Below, piece after piece: positions 37,435 to 49,898 of a stretch of DNA of 64,000 nt. A program made the position numbers and the translations under genes. Location of the stretch: NCBI GenBank assembly GCA_030390025.1, contig CM059432.1, positions 19,470,001 through 19,534,000 on the forward strand. The letters are read 5' to 3'. The notes beneath the pieces were generated by a model. The model had not been told where the DNA came from. It did not search any database and was given only the letters and a program-made list of their open reading frames with translations. The first letter of the stretch is position 1; each line of letters opens with the position of its first letter. Source of the stretch: Squalus acanthias. Its lineage: Eukaryota.

Positions 37435-38380
37435 TCACGTTCTGTAGCGTGACATGAACCCGATATCCCTATTGAGGCCGTCCTCATGGGTGCGGAACTT
37501 GGCTGTCAGTTTCTGCTCAATGATTTTGCGTTGTCGTGTGTCTCGAAGGCCGCCTTGGAGAACGCTAACCCGCAGATCCGAGGCTGAATGTCCTTGACTG
37601 CTGAAGTGATCCCCGACTGGGAGGTAACAATCCTGCCTGGCGATTGTTGCGCGGTGTCCGTTCATATGTTGTCTCAGTGTCTGCATGGTCTCACCGATGT
37701 ACCATGCTCTGGGGCATCCTTTCCTGCAACGTATCAGGTAGACAACATTGGCCGAGTCATATGAGTATGTACCATGTACCTGGTGGGTAGTGTCCTCACG
37801 TGTGATGACGGTATCTGTGTTCATGATCTGGCATGTCTTGCAGAGGTTGCCGTGGCAGGGTTGTGTGGTGTCGTGGTCGCTGTTCTCCTGACAGCTGAGT
37901 AATTTGCTGCGAACGATGGTACTTTTGAGGTTAGGCAGCTGCTTGAAGGCGAGTAGTGGAGGCGTGGGGATGGCCTTAGCAAGGTGTTCGTCGTCATCGA
38001 TGACATGTTGAAGGCTGCGAAGAGCATGGCGTAGTTTCTCTGCTCTGGGGAAGTACTGGACGACGTAGGGTACTCTGTTGGTTGTGTCCCGTGTTCGCCT
38101 TCTGAGGAGGTTTATGCGGTTTTTCGCTGTGGCCCGTCGGAACTGTCGATCGATGAGTCGAGCGTCATATCCCGTTCTTACGAGGGCGTCTTTCAGTGTC
38201 CGTAGGTGTCCACCGCGTTCCTCCTCGTCTGAGCAGATCCTGTGTATTCGCAGGGCTTGTCCACAGGGGATGGCTTCTTTAACGTGGTTAGGGTGGAAGC
38301 TGGAGAAGTGGAGCATCGTGAGGTTGTCCGTGAGCTTGCGGTAGAGTGAAGTGCTGAGGCGTCCGTCTTTGATGAGGCGT
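37435..38380 (-). pseudogene. 5'-truncated Penelope ORF (RT thumb, Cys linker, GIY-YIG)
   Basis: IKDGRLSTSLYRK...PCHGNLCKTC...NVVYLIRC..WYIGET...GLNRD; closely similar to the intact ORF. Confidence 0.9.
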
Positions 38381-38926
38381 CCAAATTCGCACCCCAATAC
38401 GCCAACATCTTCATGCACAAGTTCGAGCAAGACTTCTTCGCTGCACAGGACCTCCAACCAACGTTGTACACCAGATACATCGACGACATCTTCTTCCTTT
38501 GGACCCACGGCAAAGGATCACTTTTTTTGCTGGAAATCACCGCATCTGTGTAGAGAGAACAAGCCAACGACGACTCGAGTCTCGCTACATGTAACCCCAC
38601 CTGATGTAGAGTCATCCAGACTCGAGTCGTCGTTGGCTTGTTCTCTCTACACAGATGCAGCCGGACCTGCTGTGATTTCCAGCAAAATAAGTTTTTTGTT
38701 TTCCATACAGACCCCAGCATCTGCCACATTTGACCCCTTGTGACCCCACCTCATTGTCTTTGATGTAATGTTTTCCTGACTGACCTGTTTGGACACCATC
38801 CACACCTTTGATTGCCGTGATTATCTCTCTGCCGAGGTGTGATAAAGGGCAGTTAGAAAGATTAACTGTAATCATCTGGCAGTGTTCTCTGTCTATATAT
38901 GCTGTGCCTATATGCATCTCTTCACT

Positions 38927-38963
38927 TCACCTGACAAAGGAGCAGCGCTCCGAAAGCTTGTGA
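38927..38963 (+). ncRNA. hammerhead motif, core mutated (CTGACGA>CTGACAA)
   Basis: tcac-CTGACaA-a-ggagcagcgctcc-GAAA-gctt-gtga. Confidence 0.6.
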
Positions 38964-39144
38964 TTTCAAATAAAGCTGTTGGACTATAACCTGGTGTTGT
39001 GCGACTTCTCACATTTGTCAACTGGTAGGGATTAGGACAAATCGAAAGGCTAACTCTCAGATAAAAGTATAGGGAGTAAACAAGGAATTTTAAGAAATTA
39101 ATCAATATTCATGGTTTTCCATGAGTCGCGAGGTCAAAATGCTG

Positions 39145-39302
39145 GACCTCCTTACCTATCAGCACTGTGGGAGTACCTTCACCACACGGACTGCAGCGGT
39201 TCAAGGCGGCGGCTCACCACCACCTTCTCAAGAGCAGTTAGGGATGGGCAATAAATGCTGGCCTTGCCAGCAACACCCACATCCCGTGAACGAATAAAAA
39301 AA
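39145..39302 (+). mobile_element. CR1/L2-group LINE 3' end
   Basis: Reverse complement of 7385-7530. Confidence 0.8.
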
Positions 39303-39953
39303 ACATTGATATATTGGGCAAGTTGGAAATGGACTTTATGCTGCATATTTCAGCAACATGCAAGCTATGTCTGTACTGCTTTAAATCCAAACACATTCAG
39401 GCTCAGGTCCACAGTGACTCAGATTAAGGCTGTCCAGATATTTCATTTTGGACCCTCAGCAGATGTCAGGAAAAGCTTTTCATCCATCTGTGTAGGCTGC
39501 CTTTGAATTAGGCCCTGCAGCAATGAAAGTGCTGCACTGAACATAATGTTGAAGCCAGATCCTTTCCACAACAGGTTTTGACAGAAAAAAACCTGAAAAT
39601 CTAAAATGAAAGCAGAAAATGCAAGTCAGTCAGCATCTGAAGAAAGATAAGTCAATGTTTTGTGTGAGACCCTTCATAAGAACTGGTATGGTCAGGCTAG
39701 AGAAGCCTCTTTATAAAATTAACAAATTACAAATGCAGCAAACTAAAGTGCTAAAACTACACTACAGGTCTGTCAGCAGTGTCAACCTGAAAAGTTAACC
39801 TGCCTATCCTCATGCATGGCCAAAGTATCGCACACTCTGCGCTGGGTTTAGTGTTGCTGTTTATACATATGCCGTGAAACCATGGCTGGCTAGTTTTCCA
39901 GCATTAGCACTAATGTCAAAGAGGTGAAAGGTTTCTCCCAGTAAAAAGCATAT

Positions 39954-40900
39954 GGGGCTAAAATTCGACAATGCTAAAAACTTGCCGGTGCCACCGCAGG
40001 CCTGTGTTAATGGCTGCCGATGGTGGCGCTGGTGGCTAATTAAATTGGCGCTGGTGGCTAATTAACATTAGCCCGACACTAAATGTATCGTGCAAGGCCA
40101 TTCTGGTGGCATTCGTCCCAGCTGGAGGCCCCAATGTAGCGTGGCTGTAGCGTCATTGCAGCTCTTAAAGTGAGGCTGTCATTTCAGAAAGCAGTTTGGT
40201 CTCTGAAAGGGGAACTGCCTTCTGAAATGAAAAAAATAAAAATCATGTAAAAATAGGCAGTTTTTAGCCCTTACAGCTCAACTACCTTCTGAAAAAAAAT
40301 TAACATTAAAAAGAATTCCCAAATGGGAGTCTTCAGCTCTTAAAGCTGAATTGCTTTCCGCATCTAAACAAAAAAGGGAAAAGTGCTTCAGCACCAACAT
40401 AAATGGCTCATTAAACCAGGAAAGGGGCACCCAGAGTCTCACAAGCAGCACTCCAGCTTTGTGCAGGGGGTCAACACTACAAGAGAGGTCCTCTACCCAC
40501 AGGGGCCAGGACGCCCTCCAGAAAGAAGAACAGGGGACCAGGTCGCATCCACCACCGGGCTCCAGTGCCCAAAGAAGCTTCATGGCCTCAGACCACTGGT
40601 CAAGGTCAGTGAATGCATCTTCAAAAGCCGTCTCCTCCCACCTGCACCGCACTGCTCAATGTACGATTCCCCTCCCACCCACCCAAATTACTCACCTGTA
40701 CCAAACATGAGGCACACCTCCCATTCCTAGCTGCAACTCATCCCCTTGGAGGAGACGGTGCTGTCCATTCTCAGCATGGGCACGGCTGAATCCTTGGCCA
40801 GTAGCGGGGCTGAAAGGATAAAAGGTACTGGTATCCGCATACGTTACCCTCCTTCTGGCATGCACCTCTTGCTTTCCCGCCCTCCCCTAACCATGCCACC
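39954..40900 (+). mobile_element. Harbinger remnant with degenerate Myb/SANT exons
   Basis: Terminus ggggctaaaattc; REVLYPQGPGRP...QCPKKLHGLRPLVK|gtcagt resembles exon 1 of the gene at 14789; LEETVLSIL exon-2-like piece. Confidence 0.6.
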
Positions 40901-41015
40901 CATGTGCCTTCCTCATTTCACACACCCAAGAAAAGGAGGAGTTGCTGTTGCTTTCCTGGATGGCCCTGGATTAACGGCAAGATTTGGCTGTAGATGGGGA
41001 GTGCGTGAGATGGTC

Positions 41016-41428
41016 AAAAAGAAAGACTTGCATTTACATAGCGCCTCTCACAACCTCAGGACGTCCTAAAGCACTTTGCAGCCAATGAAGTACTTTTGAA
41101 GTGTAGCCACTGTTGTAATGTAGGAAACGCGGCAGCCAATTTGCACACAGCAAGCTCCCACAAACAGCAATGCGATGATGACCAGATAATCTGTTTTTTA
41201 GTAATGTTGATTGAGGGATAAATATTGGCCCCTGCTCGTCTGCGCAATAGTACCATGGGATCTTTCACGTCCATGTGAGTGAGCAGACAGGGCCTTGGTT
41301 TAACATCTCATACGAAAGACAGGACTGGATCGTCGGCCCAGATTTTGTGCTCAAGTCTCTGGACTGGGACTTGAACCCGTAACCTTCTGACTCAGAGGTG
41401 AGAGTGCTACCAACTGAGCCATGGCTGG
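41016..41428 (-). mobile_element. DeuSINE (SacSINE1-like)
   Basis: Collinear with 4431-4884, with internal deletions. Confidence 0.85.
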
Positions 41429-42035
41429 CAGGGGGAAGCCAGGTTAGTGAAGTGCCAGGCTGTTAATATGCCATTAGTTACCTTGTCTGTGGGCTGTGCA
41501 CTTGAGTCTGTGGAGGAGATGATTGCACCATGGGTAGAAGACCATCTAGGATCTGAAGGGGACAAGAGCAAGGCAAATTGATGAAAATGTCAGGCCAAAA
41601 GAGAGGGAACTTGGAGTTGGAGGGCATTAGAGAGTATTTTGGAAAGTGTTTTTTCCAGGTTTGGAAAAAAGGGTGGAGGGGATGAGAAGGATCAGAGGGG
41701 TAAAGAACTAATTGGAAATAGCTCTTCTAGTGATCAAGCTGGCATGGTCGCATATGAAAGCAAGTTGGTTGTGTGTGGATGAGATAATCTTTGTGGATGG
41801 TGAGGTTGAGGGAAGGGAGGAAGGCAAAGCTATCAGGAGAGTGGACAGTGTATGTTCAGGTGTAGTTTAAAGTTTCCAAAGATGAAGACAAAGATTGAGT
41901 GAAACATTTTGGTAAGAAAGGCTATGAAGAGCCTGGGGGCATGATAGATGATTAGGATTTTAGAGGTGGGAAGTGTGGCCTAAAATGAGAAGTTCCTCAA
42001 TGTGAAATTCCATGGCCTAAAAATTCCCTACCTTA

Positions 42036-42667
42036 CATAGAAACATAGAAACATAGAAGATAGGAGCAGGAGTAGGCCATTTGGCCCCTCGAGCCTGCTC
42101 CGCCATTCGATGAGATCATGGCTGATCATCCAAACTCAGTACCCTGTACCTGCCTTCTCCCCATATCCCTTGATACCTTTAGCTTTAAGAAATATATCTA
42201 ACTCATTCTTGAATATATTTAATGACTTGGCCTCAACTACCTTCTGTGGTAGAGAATTCCACAGGTTCACCACTCTCTGGGTGAAGAAATTCTTCCTCAT
42301 TTCTGTCCTAAATGGCTTACCCGTTATCCTTAGATTATGACCCCTGGTTCTGGACTCTATGACCATCGGAAACATTCTTCCTGCATCTAGTTTGTCCAGA
42401 CCTGTCAGAATTTTATATGTTTCGATGAGATCCCCTCTCATTCTTCTATACTCCAGCGAGTATAAGCCCAATCGACCCAATCTCTCCTCATATGTCATTC
42501 CTGCCATCCCAGGTATCAGCCTTGTGAATCTTCGCTGAACTCCTTCCATGGCAAGAACATCCTTCCTCAGATAAGGCGACCAAAACTGCACACAGTACTC
42601 AAGGTGTGGTCTCACCAAGGCCCTGTACAACTGCAGCAGGACATCCCTGTTCCTATACTCAAACCCT
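42036..42667 (-). mobile_element. young CR1 3' fragment
   Basis: Open 164-aa ORF LVRPHLEYCVQFWSP...; (tttctatg)n tail. Confidence 0.92.
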
Positions 42668-42673
42668 AGCGCT

Positions 42674-42773
42674 ACTCTGTTTCTCTCTCCATGGATGCTG
42701 CCTGACCTGCTGAGTGTTTCCAGTATTTTCTGTTTTTATTTCAGATTTCCAGCGTCTGCAGAATTTTGCTTTT
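42674..42773 (+). mobile_element. Penelope family B pLTR end lacking the hammerhead
   Basis: actctgtttctctctcc..gatgctgcctgacctgctgag..tttcagatttccagc, i.e. the sequence downstream of the hammerhead in other copies. Confidence 0.8.
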
Positions 42774-42977
42774 GAAATCTTAACCCAGTTTGATGTATTA
42801 CTAATTTTGCACAGCCAACTGCATACCTGTCTCTATGCCTTTGTAACTGCTGCACGATACTACATATGCCATGGCTTATTCAAATGTTCTTTGATTAGAT
42901 TTTCTGATTGTAAAGCTTAAAATACCACTGGATAGCAAAAAAAAATTGCAGTTGCTATTTATTTCTAAAACCTCACA

Positions 42978-43040
42978 GCAATAAAGGGGAATAAAAGCAA
43001 TAAAGGGGGGGAAAAAAGCAATAAAGGGGGAAAAAAGCAA
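42978..43040 (+). repeat. short tandem repeat (aaaagcaataaaggggg-like, ~3 copies)
   Basis: Directly visible. Confidence 0.8.
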
Positions 43041-44209
43041 AAGAGACAGACAGGTAAAGATACATTTTAAAAATGTGGGGTGCTGGAGGGAGCATCTATT
43101 GGGAACTTTGTGTTGAGCTCAGTAGACGCCACAGGATTTTATGATGCTCTGCAGTGGGAGTGAAAATTCGTAAATTTATCCCACATTCTCAACTTTGGCA
43201 GTATATCTGCAATATCTTGGTAGCTTGAGATTTCCATTGCTCCGGTCATATTGTAAACAAAAACTAGCTTCCAACTGCACCATTATGCCAGTAAACTCAT
43301 GGACAAGAGAGTCACAAGATACTTATAGATTAAGGAAGGATATTTGGCCCACCTTAATTTATCCAAACAGGAAGATGCTAAAGCCCCCATTTGAGCATCC
43401 AATGGTTTCTTAAAGATTCCAGAGTGTTCACCTCCACTACACTTCCTGGAAGTCCACTCCATACATTGATCACTCTTTGTGAAGAAGAATTTCCCGATAT
43501 CAATCCTAAATTTACCTTTTACTAGTTTGAGTCTATGTCCTCTTGTTCTACACTTGCTATTTAACTTAAAGCAATATTTTGGATTTAATTTTCTCATTCT
43601 CGTAACTATCTTAGAAAAGATAGAGAGGGAAGAAGGGGAGGTGGAGCAGCTCTACTTATTAGGGATAACATAATGGCAGTAGAAAAAAAGTGACGCAGCT
43701 ATCAGCAAGACAAAAATAGAATCCATATGGACAGAGATAAAAGATAATAAAGGATCAATCACACTAATAGGCGTAGTCTACAGACCACCTAATAGTGGAA
43801 GGGAGGTGGAGGAAGAAATATGCAGACAAATTAGGGAAATGAGTAAAAAACATAGAATAATAATCATGGGGGATTTCAACTACCCCGATATTAATTGGAC
43901 AGAAGAGGTAGGTAAAGGGGATAAGGGAATGGAGTTTCTACAATGTGTACAGGACTCCTTTCTAACCCAATTTGTAAAAAGCCCAACAAGGGAGGATTCG
44001 CTATTGGATCTAGTAATGGGGAATGAGCCAGAGCAAATAAGAGAAGTAAAAGTAGGGGAACATCTAAGCAATAGTGACCATAATATAATACGCTTTAAGA
44101 TGATAATTGAGAAGAACACAAGTATGTTGAAAACCAGGTTAATAGATTGGAGAAAAGCTGATTTAGAGGGGCTGAGAATAGAACTTGGGAAAATAAAATG
44201 GGAAACAAT

Positions 44210-44973
44210 AGCCCAGAAATTTGACTCGGAGGCTTGCCGCGGGGGTAAGGATCACGCGCGATATCACATATCGCGTCTGCTGTCCTTGTTTGCCCCCACA
44301 GGAACTTCGGGTCCTGGGCCTCTCCCTAGTGCCGGCGCGCAGTGTGTGCGTGTCCCAGGGGCGCAGTTAGTGCGATGCGACCCCTGGGATCACGTGGGCC
44401 ATGGAGAGCCAATGGCAGCAGACCATCTTTCATTCATAGATTTGACAGGAGACCTGTCAAATCTGTGAATTGAAATCAGCCCCAAAAGAACAGCTAAACC
44501 TCAAATAATTATTTTTAAAAACCATCACATTAATAAAATAACTATAGTTAAATAAATTAACCACTTTAAACAAAAATTTAAATTTTTGAAAAAATTAAAA
44601 AAAAAATTAAAAGTTATAAAAATAAACTTACCTTTCTTTAAAGTCTCTAAAAAAGATAAACCTGTTGAAAAAAAATTAAAATTATACTTAATTAACTACT
44701 TACCTTTTTCAAAAGGGGTCTTACGCCTCCTTTTTACTTGTGTAGAATCTTCCATACTTACCCTCGCGTTGAAACCTGAAAAAAAAACTAAGTGTGCTGC
44801 GTGCGCGCAGCCTCTAGTGCGCACGTGGTTCACCTAGGAACCGCCCCCTTCGCCATACCGGAAGTGCCAGTTTCCCGCGCATGCGCAGTGCATGCAGGAA
44901 ACCGGCACTTCGGGAACGAATACGGGTGAGTACGCACTGAGTACTCACCCGTTCTCGGCCGAATTTTTGGGCC
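44210..44973. mobile_element. non-autonomous Harbinger element inserted in CR1 ORF2
   Basis: TIR agcccagaaatt / aatttttgggcc; TSD AAT at 44207-44209 and 44974-44976; removal restores WETI-LANNNVEQQWETFK. Confidence 0.88.
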
Positions 44974-45572
44974 AATATTAGCAAACAACAATGTAGAACA
45001 GCAATGGGAAACATTTAAAACAGTGTTCAACAGAGTGAAGGAACAATATTTTCCACTAAAAGGAAAGAACAAACGAAACACTAATGAGACTCCATGGATG
45101 AATAAAGCCATAAGGGAACAATTGAGGGTAAGGAAAGAGGCATACATTAAGTACATGGAAAGCATGATAAGGGAGAATATGAAGAGATTAGGAGAGAAGT
45201 CAAAAAAACAATTCGGAAGGCAAAGAGGAACTATGAAATTCAATTATCAGGGAACATAAAACAAAATAACAACACAACAACAGCAACTTGTATTTATATA
45301 GCACCTTTAATGTAGTAAAACGTCCAAAGGCGCTGCACAGGAGTATTTTAAGACAAAAATTTGTCACCGAGCCACATAAGGATAAATTAGCGCAGGTGAC
45401 CAAAAGCTTGGTCAAAGAGCTAGGTTTTAAGGAGCGTCTTAAAGGAGGAAAGAGAGGTAGGTAGCGAGGAGGAGAGGTTTAGGCAGGGAATTCCAGAGCT
45501 TAGGCCATCAAAGGTTGACAAATGTGAGAAGTCGCACAACACCAGGTTATAGTCCAACAGCTTTATTTGAAA

Positions 45573-45609
45573 TCACAAGCTTTCGGAGCGCTGCTCCTTC
45601 GTCAGGTGA
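45573..45609 (-). ncRNA. minimal hammerhead ribozyme motif, intact
   Basis: Reverse complement: tcac-CTGACGA-a-ggagcagcgctcc-GAAA-gctt-gtga. Confidence 0.8.
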
Positions 45610-45611
45610 AG

Positions 45612-45648
45612 TCACCTGACAAAGGAGCAGCGCTCCGAAAGCTTCTGA
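45612..45648 (+). ncRNA. hammerhead motif with two mutations
   Basis: tcac-CTGACaA-a-ggagcagcgctcc-GAAA-gctt-ctga. Confidence 0.6.
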
Positions 45649-48600
45649 TTTCAAATAAAGCTGTTGGACTATAACCTGGTGTTGTGCGACTTCTCACATT
45701 TGTCCACCCCAGTCCAACACCGGCATCTCCACATCACATCAAAGGTTGAGCGATTATAATCAGGGATGCTCAAGAGGGCAGAATTAGAGGAGCGCAGATA
45801 TCTCGGGTGGTGGGGGGGTGTTGTGGGGCTGAAGGAGATTACAGAGATAGGAAGGGGCGAGGTCATGGAGGGACTTGAAAACAAGGATGAGAATTTTGAA
45901 ATTGAGGCGCTGCTTAACTGGGAGCCAATGTAGGTTAGCGAGCACAGGGGAGATGGGCGAACGGGACTTGGTGCGAGTTAGGACGTGGGCAGCCGACTTT
46001 TGGATGACCTCAAGTTTACGTAGGGTAGAATGTGGGAGTCCAGCCAGGAGTGCATTGGAATAGTCAAGTCTAGAGGTAACAAAGGCATGGATGAGGATTT
46101 CAAAAGCGGATGAGCTGAGGCAAAGGCGGAGACGGGCGATGTTACGGAGGTGGAAGAAGGCGGTCTTTGTTATGCTGCGGATATGTGGTCGGAAGCTCAT
46201 TTCAGGGTCAAATATGACACCAAGGTTGCGAACAGTGTGGTTCAGCCTCAGACAGATGTTAGGGAGAGGGATGGAGTTAGTGGCTAGGGAACGGAGTTTG
46301 TGGCGGGGACTGAAAACAATGGCTTTGGTCTTCCCAATATTTAATTGGAGAAAATTTTTGCTCACCCAGAACTATATGTCGGACAAGCAGTCTGACAACT
46401 TAGACACCGTGGAGGGGTCGAGAGAAGAGATAGTGAGGTAGTGCTGGGTGCTGTCAGCGTACATGTGAAAACCGATGCTGTGTTTTCGGATGATGTTGCC
46501 AAGGGGCAACATGTAGATGAGAAATAGGAGGGTGCCAAGGATAGATCCTTGGGGGACACCAGAGGTAACGATGCGGGAGCGGGAAGAGAAGCCGTTGCAG
46601 GTGATTCTCTGGTTATGATTAGATAGATAAGAAATAGTAAAATATTTTACAGGCACATCAATAAAAAAAGGAAGGGTGGGATGGGAATAGGGCCATTAAG
46701 GGATAGACAGAATAATACCACAGGTAATAATAGAGAGATGGCAGAAATATTAAATAATTATTTTGCTTCAGTATTTACCAGGGAGATAGAACAGGTGGAC
46801 ATGACATTGGATGATGAGATTAGTAATGAGATAAGTATAATTAAAATAAAAAGAGGGGATATATTAAATAAACTAATCAAACTCAAAGAGGAGAAAACCC
46901 CTGGTCTGGATGGATTGCATCCATACATTTAAAAAGAATCTAGGGAAGAGATAGCAGAGGCATTACTACATATATTTAATAATTCGTTAGAAAAAGGTGT
47001 AGTGCCAGAGGACTGGTGGATAGCTAATTTAATACCTATATTCAAGAAAGGGGATAAAACATGTCCAGGGAATTATAGACCAGTCAGCTTAACATCGGTG
47101 GTAGGAAAAATAATGGAATCCCTACTAAAGGAGAAAATAGAAGAACATCTAGAAAATAAAAATATAATAAGGAATAGTCAGCATGGAGTTCAAAAGGGAA
47201 AGTCTTGCTTGACCAACCTCATTGAATTTTTTGAAGAGGTAACAGAGAGAGTAGACAATGGTAATGCAGTCGATGTAATTTATCTAGATTTTCAAAAGGC
47301 CTTCGATAAGGTACCACATAAAAGACTGATGAACAAGGTCAGAGAATGCGGAGTCAGGGGACAAGTAGCAGAATGGATAGCTAGCTGGCTTCAAGACAGA
47401 AAGCAGAGAGTAGGGGTAAAAGATAACCATTCACAGTGGCAGAAGGTGGGTAGTGGTGTTCCACAAGGATCAGTGCTGGGATCACTGTTGTTCACAATTT
47501 ACATTAACGATTTAGACTTTGGAATCAAAAACACAATTTCTAAATTTGCAGATGACACCAAATTGGGGGGATAGTCAATACTGAGGAGGACTGCAACAAA
47601 TTGCAGGAGGACATTAATAACTTGCAGAATGGGCATATAATTGGCAAATGAAATTCAACACAGATAAGTGTGAGGTATTACATTTTGATAGGAAGAATAG
47701 GGAGGTCACTTATTACTTGGAGGGTGCGAGTCTAGGTGGGGTAAAGGAACAGAGAGATCTCAGAGTACAAGTACACAAATCACTTAAAGTTGCGACACAG
47801 GTTAGCAAGGCCATTAAAAAAAGCAAACCAAGCACTAGGGTTTATTTCTAGAGGGATAGAATTGAAAAGTAGGGAAGTTATGCTAAACTTGTATCGAACC
47901 TTGGTTCGACCACACTTAGAGTACTGTGTACAGTTCTGGTTGCCATATTATAAAAAGGATATAAAGGCACTGGAGAGGGTGCAGAGAAGATTTACAAGGA
48001 TCATACCAGAAATGTGAGGGTATACGTATCAGAAAAGGATGATGAACAGGCGAGGTCTCTTTTCTCTTGAAAAAAGAAGGCTGAGGGGTGACTTAATAGA
48101 TGTCTTTAAAATTATGAAAGGTTTTGATAGAGTGGATACAGAGAGAATGTTTCCACTTGTGAGGAAGAGCATAACTAAAGGCCATCAATATAAGATAGTC
48201 ACCAAGAAATCCAATAGGGAATTCAGAAGAAACTTCTTTACCCAGAGAGTGGTGAGAATGTGGAACTCGCTACTACAGGGAGTCGTTGAAGTGAATAGTA
48301 TAGATGCATTTAAGGGGAGGCTAGACAAGCATATGAGGGAGAAGGGAATAGAGGATTATGCTGTTAGAGTTAGATGAGGAAAGACGGGAGCAGGCTCGTG
48401 TGGAGCATAAACGCTGGCATGGACTGGTTGGGCCGATGGCCTGTTTCTGTGCCGTATATCCTATGTAATCCTATGTAATATCTCTACAAGATCACCTCTC
48501 AGATGCCTCCTTGCCAGGCTAAAAAGCCCAAGTTTCTCCATAACTTATACCCTTGGGATCATCTTTGTGGCTTTTCTCTACACTCTCTTTTGCACTTGAA

Positions 48601-48855
48601 TGTCTTCCTTGCACCTCAGTTATCAGAAATGGATACAGCACTCAAAGTGTGGTCTGACCAGATGACTATACAGTTTGGTCACGACTTCCTAGGACTTGCA
48701 TTTACTATTTTGGCTATCCAGTTCAACATCTTATTGGATTTGGATATGTTCAGCAGCCATCAACAAATCAATCCAGAGCATCGGGTCCACCAAGACTCTT
48801 ACGTCTCTTTCCGCTCCAGTACAAGTGCCGTTTCTTTCCCTATGTGCGTTACAAA

Positions 48856-49540
48856 GGCCCGTATTTTGCGGCCCCTACGAGTGCGTACACGCCCATAAGG
48901 GCCGCGCAAGTTCCGGGTTTTCGCGCACAAAGCACATACGTAAAAACCCGGAACTTGCGATCTGTCAAGAATCTTCTTGACAGATCCAATGCATCCGCGG
49001 GCGGAGAGTTGGGCTATTCTGCCCAGCGAATGCCCGTGAAATTCTTACGCGTAAGAGTTTAAATGAAAAATTTTCAATCAGTTAAATATTTAAAAAAACC
49101 TGAGCAATAAGGTAAGGTCATTTTTAGCCCCTTTAAAACATTACAATTTATTTTTCAAAAAATTAAATTTTTGTTTTAAATATTTAATTAAATGGCATTT
49201 TAATCAATTTTAAATATGTAATTTTTTTTTAATTTATTTGATGTGCAGATGTATTTTTTGGGGTATTCCCATTCATGCTTAGGGGGTTTCCATACATACA
49301 GAATTCCCATAATTATGAATGGGGATCCCCCTTCTTTCATTCATTGGGCCGGCCCACGTGATCCCAGGGGCGCTTGCGAACCTGCCTGCGCCCCGGGATA
49401 CATGAGCCTCTACACATGTCTACGCATAGAGGCCCAGGAGCGCGAGTCGCCGTGGACCCCGAGGCCCCAGGTAGGCACGGATCTTCTTTGCGGATCGGAG
49501 GCATTTCCCCACGGAAAGCCTCTGACCGCAAATTCAGGCC
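48856..49540. mobile_element. non-autonomous Harbinger-type element related to 44210-44973 (opposite orientation)
   Basis: Ends ggcccgtattttgcgg / ccgcaaattcaggcc; shared ccctgggatcacgtgggcc block and AT-rich core. Confidence 0.75.
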
Positions 49541-49734
49541 ATTATATTTGTGTGCATTAAATATCACCTGCCATTTATCTGCCCACTTACATATCTCATC
49601 AAACTCATTCTGTAATTTCCAAGCTGCCTCCTCCCATTTCACTGCCCCATCTGTTTTGGACCCTGCAAATTTGACCACTTTGCATTGAGCATCTGAACCC
49701 ACGTCATTTTTGTAAATTAGAAACAGTAGTGGGC

Positions 49735-49898
49735 CAATGTTCCCTGTAAGATGCGCAGGCGCGCAGCAATCTGTGAAGGGACCGCGCGGGCCGTTCACAA
49801 GCTGTCCCGTTAAAGATACTGCGCGTGCGGCCATGCTGCAAATTTAAAGGTACCGCGCATTTAAATAAACAGGCGGCAATATTTAGAGGGAGAACATA
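49735..49898. mobile_element. short hAT-like MITE
   Basis: caatgttccctgtaa ... ttagagggagaacat imperfect TIR; right end overlapped by a CR1 tail. Confidence 0.5.

Larger units (their letters stand above)
37058..39019. mobile_element. rearranged chimeric Penelope insertion
   Basis: (-) pLTR subtype 2 + ORF 3' part 37058-38380; (+) RT piece KFAPQYANIFM..RYIDDIFFLW 38381-38521; (-) pLTR subtype 1 piece 38522-38581; (+) ORF end tcgctacatgtaa + pLTR subtype 1 38582-39019. Confidence 0.88.
45519..45736. mobile_element. 218-bp Penelope hairpin mini-insertion (two back-to-back hammerhead-bearing pLTR ends)
   Basis: Arms 45517-45609 and 45612-45704 with a 2-nt spacer, then a 32-nt tail; TSD catcaaaggttga at 45506-45518 and 45737-45749. 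Confidence 0.92.
45268..46628 (-). mobile_element. L2 LINE, 5'-truncated, inserted in CR1
   Basis: GVPQGSILG, FHMYADS, NFLQLNIGKT, HAFVTSRLDYSN, LHWLPV; (ttg)n tail. Confidence 0.92.
43613..48479 (+). mobile_element. CR1 LINE with nearly complete ORF2 (APE + RT), interrupted and frameshifted
   Basis: [67 protein letters not shown]; tail (atcctatgta)n at 48458-48479. Confidence 0.93.
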
